Below, one piece after another: positions 57,686 through 64,000 of a DNA stretch of 64,000 nt (positions are counted from its first letter, which is position 1; each line of letters begins with the position of its first letter). Position numbers and translations under genes: made by a program. Below the pieces are notes generated by a model, which saw only the letters and a list, made by a program, of their open reading frames with translations, ran no database searches and was not told where the DNA came from. The DNA is from Hyaloraphidium curvatum SAG 235-1 (taxonomy: Eukaryota > Fungi > Monoblepharomycota): positions 434,001-498,000 of the forward strand of contig JAIVFI010000006.1 of NCBI GenBank assembly GCA_025558095.1, given 5' to 3'.

Positions 57686-59725
57686 ATGCCCCGCGCGGCG
57701 TCCCTTTTAGGCGGCGTGCTGCGGCTGCTGCGGCGCCAGCTGCGGCTGACGACCCTCCTCGGCCTCGCGGGCGTTCTGCTGCTCGCGGCGTCGTGGGCCG
57801 TCGGCGACTCGGCGCAGCTCGGACGCGCCGAGATCACGGCAGATGCGCACACAAACTCGCGGCACCAAAGTGCGCGCAGCCGGACGGCCGAGGAGTGGTG
57901 GCGTACGTGCGACGCGAGGGACGCGAAACCGCTGCCGGCAAACGCGTCTGCCGCGGACGTCGACTTCGCCCGGCAGGGCCGCCGCATCTACGTGGAACGG
58001 ACAGGGCGCTGCCCGCCGCCCGGCTACGCGCACTGGCTGCTGTACGCGCGGGACCGCGAGTGCGAGCTGCACGACTACCGCTTCGTCGATCGGGACCTGC
58101 TGCCCTTCCGGCACCACTATGCCGGCAAGGCGGACCTGTTCCGGAACCTGCAGTCGGCGATGCTCGCCATGGTCCGGTCAAAGGAGGCCAAGGACCGCTA
58201 TCGCGTCGACCACGCCTCCATCTCGGGCGGCGCGCAGAGCGGGGACAAGCTCCCGATGGCGTACCTGTCCCTCGTCGCCGATGCCATGCACTTTCTGCCC
58301 GACTTCCACGTGTTCTTCTCGAACCTGGACGAGCCGCGGGTGATGCCTTCGGAGAGGGAGGTGATGAACGACTCGTTCGTCGAGGAGTTCGTGCGCGCTT
58401 CTGCCGCTTCGCGGACCGGACAGGGCCCCTTTGCGGGCGCGCCCTTCTTCGACGTGGCCTTGAATACCTCCCTCGACCCTTCCCGGGCGCCCCTCTTCAA
58501 GCCCATCGGCGACGACGCCGCGCGGAAGCTCACTGAAGGCACGATCCCCGCCCACTCGATCGCCCGGCTCGACATCATGAAGAAGGTGCTCGGTCCGCAG
58601 TGTCCCTCCTTTGTCGCGCACCCGCGCGTGGCCCGGGAGGTGGCCGTGCACGGCAGCTTCCGGTGCCCGGTGAACTTCAACGTCATCCCGGCGATGCTGC
58701 CCATCTTCAGCGCGACCAAGCCGGGAGGATTCATGCGGGAGCTGGAGATCCCGAGGGACATGGGGGCGCTCGAGGCGAGGCTGGCCGAGGGAGAGGCGGC
58801 GGCGGACGAGTGGGAGCGGCGGGGAGGCGTGATTGGCAAGGAACCGCCGGCGCCGCCCGAGCCGCCGGATCCGCCGCCGGACCCGGCGTCGAAGGCGAAC
58901 CAGCCCCCTGTGATCGTGCAGGTGCTCCCAAAGCAGCGCTTACGGAGGAGGGACGACGGCTCAGCCGCCGCCGAAGGCCCCGTGCCCGCCGCGGACCCGC
59001 AGGACCCGTCGTTCTTTTCGCCTTGCTTCTACGACCTCCTCGTCCCGGATCCCTACAACCTCCGCCACCTACCCCCGCGGCAGGTGCCCAACCCCTTGAC
59101 GATGCCCCCGTGGTCCGCCAAGGACTCCACGCTCGTATGGCGGGGGGCCACGACGGGCGGCTTCACTTCCAACTCGACATGCAAGGAGCACCACCGCCAC
59201 ATTGGCGTCGGCGCCGTGCGCGATCTCGAGGCCCAGTGGGCGGCCGAGCGTGCGCTCGGCTCCAAGGTGCCCAACATAACCTTCGACGTGGGCTTCTCTT
59301 CGATCGCCCTGTGCCAGAACTGCGCCTACATCGGGCAGAGGTACGGCCCCAGCCGCGGCCGGATCGCATTCCGCGACCACTTCCGCGCCAAGTACCTCCT
59401 CGACATGGACGGCAACTCGTACAGCCAGCGCTTCGAGCTCTTCCTCTTTGGCGACAGCCTGGGGATCCGCGCCGGCGTGCACGAGGCCTGGTACGAGGGC
59501 TGGATCAGGCCGTGGGAGCACTACGTGCCGCTGAGGGTGGACTTTTCGGACCTGGAGGAGAAGCTGAGGTGGCTGGCGGAGCACGACGACGTCGCGCGGA
59601 GGATCGCCAGGAACGGGCAGAGGACGGCGTGGCGGCGGATGCGGACGGCGGACAAGCAGTGCTACTTGTCGCGGCTCTTTCTCGAGTACGGTCATATCGG
59701 AGAAGAGCTGTACTACGACGTCTAG
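57686..59725 (+). CDS. GT90 (CAP10/Cxt1-like) glycosyltransferase
   Basis: N-terminal signal anchor; GRCPPPGY..W; NLDEPRV; LVWRGATTG; KYLLDMDGNSYSQRF; PWEHYVP; IARNG; CYLSRLFLEY. Confidence 0.9.
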   Translation: MPRAASLLGGVLRLLRRQLRLTTLLGLAGVLLLAASWAVGDSAQLGRAEITADAHTNSRHQSARSRTAEEWWRTCDARDAKPLPANASAADVDFARQGRRIYVERTGRCPPPGYAHWLLYARDRECELHDYRFVDRDLLPFRHHYAGKADLFRNLQSAMLAMVRSKEAKDRYRVDHASISGGAQSGDKLPMAYLSLVADAMHFLPDFHVFFSNLDEPRVMPSEREVMNDSFVEEFVRASAASRTGQGPFAGAPFFDVALNTSLDPSRAPLFKPIGDDAARKLTEGTIPAHSIARLDIMKKVLGPQCPSFVAHPRVAREVAVHGSFRCPVNFNVIPAMLPIFSATKPGGFMRELEIPRDMGALEARLAEGEAAADEWERRGGVIGKEPPAPPEPPDPPPDPASKANQPPVIVQVLPKQRLRRRDDGSAAAEGPVPAADPQDPSFFSPCFYDLLVPDPYNLRHLPPRQVPNPLTMPPWSAKDSTLVWRGATTGGFTSNSTCKEHHRHIGVGAVRDLEAQWAAERALGSKVPNITFDVGFSSIALCQNCAYIGQRYGPSRGRIAFRDHFRAKYLLDMDGNSYSQRFELFLFGDSLGIRAGVHEAWYEGWIRPWEHYVPLRVDFSDLEEKLRWLAEHDDVARRIARNGQRTAWRRMRTADKQCYLSRLFLEYGHIGEELYYDV

Positions 59726-59732
59726 AGGGAGC

Positions 59733-60455
59733 TCATCGCCCGATCATGCCAGGCAGCATCTGCAGGGGCAGCGACGCGATGTTCTGCATCTCGATCTTGT
59801 TCCGCCGGTCCACGAGCATCTGGCGGTCTCCCGCGTTCAGGCGCGCTTCGAGCACGAATCTGCGCCTCTGGAACATCTGGGTTTTTGCGTCCGCGCAACG
59901 GACCTCGAGGCCGGCGAGGTTCGCGCGCGCCGCCGTCTGCTGCGCCAGCAGTGCCTGATGCAGCTGCTCCGGATCCGCGGGGGCGGTGGGTCCGAAAGGC
60001 TTCCTGGCCTTTTCAAGCTCCTTGGCGGCCGTGGCCTGGTCGCCCTTGGCCGCCGCTGCCTGGTACGCTGCGATGGCGGCGACAGCCTGGTCCAAATCGG
60101 CCAGCCTGGCCTTCCAGCCGTCCAAATCCTTGCTCATCGCATAGTATCCCCGCCTCAAACGGAGCTCCGTCTCGTCGAGGACCTGCGGGACCTCGAATAT
60201 GTCCGACATGCACTCGGCGAGCTTCTGCTCCGCGGCAGCGGCAGCCTCCGCCGGGGACGCCTTCTTCTTCTGGAAGATGTTGGTCCACGACTTGCGGCGC
60301 TCCGGTTCCGGTGCCGCCAGGCCCCCGGCCTGCTTCTGCCGCGCCTGGTCCAACTGCAGCTCCCGCACCGCATCGATGTACTCCACGCTGAGGTTGACGT
60401 ATTTCTTCAGCCCCGCCTCGTAGTGGCCTTGCAGCTCAGACGCGAGGGTGGCCAT
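59733..60455 (-). CDS. Hypothetical coiled-coil protein
   Basis: 240-aa ATG ORF with coding-like codon bias and helical A/E/K/Q composition. Confidence 0.7.
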   Translation of the reverse strand: MATLASELQGHYEAGLKKYVNLSVEYIDAVRELQLDQARQKQAGGLAAPEPERRKSWTNIFQKKKASPAEAAAAAEQKLAECMSDIFEVPQVLDETELRLRRGYYAMSKDLDGWKARLADLDQAVAAIAAYQAAAAKGDQATAAKELEKARKPFGPTAPADPEQLHQALLAQQTAARANLAGLEVRCADAKTQMFQRRRFVLEARLNAGDRQMLVDRRNKIEMQNIASLPLQMLPGMIGR

Positions 60456-60617
60456 CGCTCCTAGCTGTCTTCAAGGGAGGAGAACAACGGCGGTCCTTAT
60501 CCCTGCGAAAGATGCCGTACTGCCTTGCGTACTGCTCGCTCGCTCGGAGAGTCAGAACGGTGGTGATGACGCGTTGGCGCGCCCGCGCGGCCGGGGGCCG
60601 CGAGGGGTCCAAAAACA

Positions 60618-61586
60618 ATGCCGTCAAGCGAGCACGGCATCTCGTGTGAAGTCCTCGTCGCGTCGGAGGATGGCTCCTTCGTTCCGGCGGAAGAATTCTC
60701 CGTCGTGACGTCGCCATGCGGGCGATTCGTCTCTGCCTTCATCGAATCGCGCACCGACGAAATGTTCGCGATCCGGGTCACACGCGATCTTGTCGCTGAC
60801 ACTGGAAGCGCGTCGGATGAAGACTATCTGGCAGAGGTGGTCGTTGACGGCATGTGGGTCCCCGGATCGCCCTACCTCCTCGGGGTTCGCACCGGCGGAC
60901 CCGCGTCGACGCGTATGGTTCACATGGAGGGCTCCTACGAGGACGACGGGAGGACCGTGAAGCCTTTCGTGTTTACCGAACCGCTCTTTACGCCTCTGGA
61001 AGACATTGTTGTCGGCAGCTCGTCTCCCGGGAAGCGGAAACGGCATCTGCCCTCGGAGCGGGAACTCAATTCTTTGGGTTCTGTACGCGTCGAGCTGTTC
61101 AAAGTGGCGGTGACTCCGGCACGTGCGACCGATCGATTGCGCGCCGATGGGCAGAAGGACGATGTCGCGTTGAGCAGATCCAGGCTTTCGAGACGCCGCG
61201 AAGTTCTGGAGTTCAAAGAACACGTTTCGCATTTGACACACACAGTCAGAACGGACCGCGACACGGATTCTTCGGAGCCTTTTGAGTACTTTGACCACAC
61301 CTTGCTGGAGCAAGCCCCATTTTGCTCCTTCCTGTTCCACTTCAGATCCCGAAACGTGCTGGAGGCCATCGGCATCATTGCTCAGGAAGAAGGCGCGGCT
61401 CCCTCTGTGATCGGGACGGAAGCCACGGAACCCGAGGAGACGGCACGGCTGCGGCTCAAGGTGCAGCAGCTCGAAAGGGAAAAGGCGTACTGGCGTTCTG
61501 TCGCCCACAAGGCAGCGGAAGCAAGGAAGCGAGCGAGAAAGGAACCCAGCCCAGTAGTGGATCTGACGCAGGATGATCCGTTGTAA
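60618..61586 (+). CDS. Fungal hypothetical protein family (F.F.FRS..L...GI motif) with C-terminal SIM-like VVDLT
   Basis: AFIESRTDEMFAI, VVVDG, PFVF, LGSVRVELF, FLFHFRSRNVLEAIGII, coiled coil, VVDLT. Confidence 0.75.
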   Translation: MPSSEHGISCEVLVASEDGSFVPAEEFSVVTSPCGRFVSAFIESRTDEMFAIRVTRDLVADTGSASDEDYLAEVVVDGMWVPGSPYLLGVRTGGPASTRMVHMEGSYEDDGRTVKPFVFTEPLFTPLEDIVVGSSSPGKRKRHLPSERELNSLGSVRVELFKVAVTPARATDRLRADGQKDDVALSRSRLSRRREVLEFKEHVSHLTHTVRTDRDTDSSEPFEYFDHTLLEQAPFCSFLFHFRSRNVLEAIGIIAQEEGAAPSVIGTEATEPEETARLRLKVQQLEREKAYWRSVAHKAAEARKRARKEPSPVVDLTQDDPL

Positions 61587-61743
61587 GCTTTGTAGCCATT
61601 TCTTGTTCTTGTTTCTTTGCAGCGGCCACCGTGTCGATCCAGCTGCTCGGGGGCCACCACAGCTGGCGTGGCAAAGGCCACCAAACATGCCGGGCGGAGA
61701 ACCGCTCTCACACCCCTGAAAGGGCCGATCGGCGCTGCCTGCA

Positions 61744-63534
61744 ATGCTGCACAGTCCGCACGAAAGCCGCCGTCCTCCCGTGTTCACGAAGGCGGCGCTG
61801 ATGCGCGATTCGGAGATGTCGGAGACAGGGGTTCTGCCGGCGAACCACGGCCTACGTGCTCTGGTGTCCCCTGGAGCGGCACCAAAGCAGCAGCCTACGA
61901 GGAATCCGGCTGTTGCGCTGCCGTTCACGCCGGCCACGGGTGGCGAGCGCCAGAAGCCGCGGCGAACGCCGTCGGGACGCGAGCTGGCACACAGTCAACC
62001 GGCTCCTCCCCGCTCGCACACTCGGTCGCCGTCGATGGACAGCCATTGGCCCCCGTCTGCCACGAAGAGCCCTTTTATTGCGCTCCAGGAGGAGAATGCC
62101 TTGCTCAGGCAAAAGCTGGCCAAGCAGGAAGAGCTGCTCCTGGCCGCGGTCGGGGTCATTGGCAATCTCGAGTCGGAGACGGAGCTCTTGCGGAGCGTCG
62201 TGCAGCGGCTTTCGAACGAGCTGGAGGCTGCAATGGCGTCGGAGTCGCGCCCCTTGGAGGTTGCTCCACCGGCGGCGGAGCTCGAGGTGCCGTTGCCCGA
62301 GCCACCCGAAATCGAAGAAACCACTGGCGCTGGTCTGGCCGAACCATCCTTCGATCTCGACGCCGTTCCGCCTCCGGAAGAGGAGGAGAGCATCTCTATT
62401 GCCGTGGAAATCGCTGGCGAAGATGCCACGACTGATGCGCGGCGTCCCTCTGAACCCCTGCCAGAGCCCGACGGGCTCGAGGCCGAAGTTGGGGTTGAAT
62501 CCTTCGGCTTTACGGACTCTGATCGGACTCCTGCGGTGCAAGAGCCAGTGGTGCTCGAACCCTTCGGTTTCATGCTGTCCGATCAAGTCCCGGAGGCGGA
62601 AGTTCCGGAGGCGCGAGAGCCTGAGGCGCAAGAGCCCGACGCGGTCGAACCAACCGAGAACGGCGATTGGCAGCTGGATTCCCCGCCCGTTGTCATGGTC
62701 GAGGAGGCCGTGGAGGGAGGGTCCGAAGAAGTGGCCGATATTGGTGCCGAGGAGATGCCGGCCGGACTGGAGGAAGAGTCGTTGCGCGTGGATGACGAGT
62801 CGGTGCGTTCATTTGGCGAGGTGTACGAGCTATGGACCCCGGACCATGTGGATGTGGAGATGTTTGGCAGCTTGAGTCTTGCCACGGAGAGCAAGACCAT
62901 CGAAGCGGCGGTCGTGGCAAAGGTCTCTGAAACGGAGGAAGCGTCTGCCATCGCAGGGAGCGGAATGGTTGTCATGGAAGACAACGTGGTCGAGGCAGAG
63001 ATGGTCTCGCAAGAAGTCGAGGTTTCTGCCGTAATTGAGGACGAAGGGAGCGTGCATGTTCAGGACTCGGCAGCCGTGGACTTGTCTTTTGAGGTCGCGG
63101 GGATGACCCAGCCCGAGAACCTGCTGGACGAAACCCAGCCGGACTTCTTGGTCGAACCCAGCTTCGATGCGAGTGTCGCCGACAGGACGGTCCTTTCGGC
63201 TCTCGACAGCCTCTTCGTCGCACAGGGCGGGCCCGACGCCGACGACGCCGATTTCGACCCAGGCATGCTCCTCGACTCCCTGTCGCCGTTCGAGCGCCTG
63301 CCGTCGGTTCCGAGCTTCCCATTGGACCTGCCGACGGATCTGCCGAGGGCGCCGGACCACGAGCCGGTTTCGCGGGGGCCGACGCCCCAGAGCTCGCCGC
63401 AGCGCAGGGGTTCCACAGCGAGCGCGAACGGGGTGCCGCGCCCAGACTCGCCAGTGAAGAACCCTTCCCCGACCCGGTCGTTCGCAAAGACGGCCACGAT
63501 GGTCACCAAGATCAAGACGCGGCTCGGGGTTTGA
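61744..63534 (+). CDS. Hypothetical acidic, low-complexity protein with N-terminal coiled coil
   Basis: 596-aa ATG ORF; LQEENALLRQKL coiled coil; E-rich body. Confidence 0.7.
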   Translation: MLHSPHESRRPPVFTKAALMRDSEMSETGVLPANHGLRALVSPGAAPKQQPTRNPAVALPFTPATGGERQKPRRTPSGRELAHSQPAPPRSHTRSPSMDSHWPPSATKSPFIALQEENALLRQKLAKQEELLLAAVGVIGNLESETELLRSVVQRLSNELEAAMASESRPLEVAPPAAELEVPLPEPPEIEETTGAGLAEPSFDLDAVPPPEEEESISIAVEIAGEDATTDARRPSEPLPEPDGLEAEVGVESFGFTDSDRTPAVQEPVVLEPFGFMLSDQVPEAEVPEAREPEAQEPDAVEPTENGDWQLDSPPVVMVEEAVEGGSEEVADIGAEEMPAGLEEESLRVDDESVRSFGEVYELWTPDHVDVEMFGSLSLATESKTIEAAVVAKVSETEEASAIAGSGMVVMEDNVVEAEMVSQEVEVSAVIEDEGSVHVQDSAAVDLSFEVAGMTQPENLLDETQPDFLVEPSFDASVADRTVLSALDSLFVAQGGPDADDADFDPGMLLDSLSPFERLPSVPSFPLDLPTDLPRAPDHEPVSRGPTPQSSPQRRGSTASANGVPRPDSPVKNPSPTRSFAKTATMVTKIKTRLGV

Positions 63535-63668
63535 GAAGAGGAAGGAAGAGGGGCGACAACGCGGCGCACGGTTGGGGTCTTGTGCCTGGATTGAATGAAA
63601 AAGAGTCTTTTGAACCTCGTGACTATCTACAGTGCCATGGTATAGCCGCCACCCGATGCCACGGGCGC

Positions 63669-64000
63669 TCAATCGCCGGCCGCCCGCTGTTCCGGCAAGT
63701 ACACGTCCCGGATGATGATTTCCGCATCCTCGGGGGAGCAGATCTGCTCCAGCTGGTGCCTCTTCTCCTCGATCTCCTCCTCCGTCCAGTCCCGGCTGCG
63801 GAGCTTGATTATCTGCGCGGGCTCCTGCTGCTGCGGTTCGTCCTTTGCCTTGTCGTGACCCTGCCGACCGGTTTCGTCAGCCGTTGGCGCCAAATCAGCT
63901 CGCAGCTGCCCCCCACCTTTGCTCTCCGCTTCTTGAACCGCATCGTGGCGTGGATCATCGAATACAAAGCCGCGGCGCCGCCCTTTTCGCCGCGGATCGC
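63669..64000 (-). CDS. 3' end of a hypothetical gene entering from beyond the window
   Basis: Protein-like terminal frame ...IIKLRSRDWTEEEIEEKRHQLEQICSPEDAEIIIRDVYLPEQ. Confidence 0.45.
   Translation of the reverse strand, partial: DPRRKGRRRGFVFDDPRHDAVQEAESKGGGQLRADLAPTADETGRQGHDKAKDEPQQQEPAQIIKLRSRDWTEEEIEEKRHQLEQICSPEDAEIIIRDVYLPEQRAAGD

Overview
This is a gene-dense, GC-rich eukaryotic window with many short (~50-60 nt) spliceosomal introns. It looks like an early-diverging (chytrid/monoblepharid-type) fungus; this is inferred from the gene content (CAP10/GT90, GPI-anchored GH16, INO4-like bHLH, Atf1-like bZIP, RECQL4, EAF). About 35 protein genes were assembled by hand across introns, so the multi-exon coordinates are approximate, and all family calls come from motif recognition without database searches. 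Most long antisense ORFs in the track are GC3 shadows. The most striking structure is a pair of ~1.3 kb inverted repeats (24651-25971 and 36436-37765), each carrying a complete secreted WSC-domain gene with its upstream region. Between them lies a ~10.5 kb segment that includes a ~1300-aa single-pass non-RD receptor kinase with Cys-rich/STIG1-like, tandem EGF and ricin-like modules. This is a candidate invertible recognition locus or ligand-receptor system. Other notable items: an animal-type Sld2-RECQL4 fusion helicase, a Nup54 with an extra C-terminal GLFG array, a plant-type aldehyde oxidase, bacterial-like nagA and SDR genes (one pseudogenised), a frameshifted 7-TM protein resembling gustatory-receptor-like channels, and a 1.6 kb non-coding element with splice signals. 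No rRNA, tRNA, CRISPR array or transposase was recognised.
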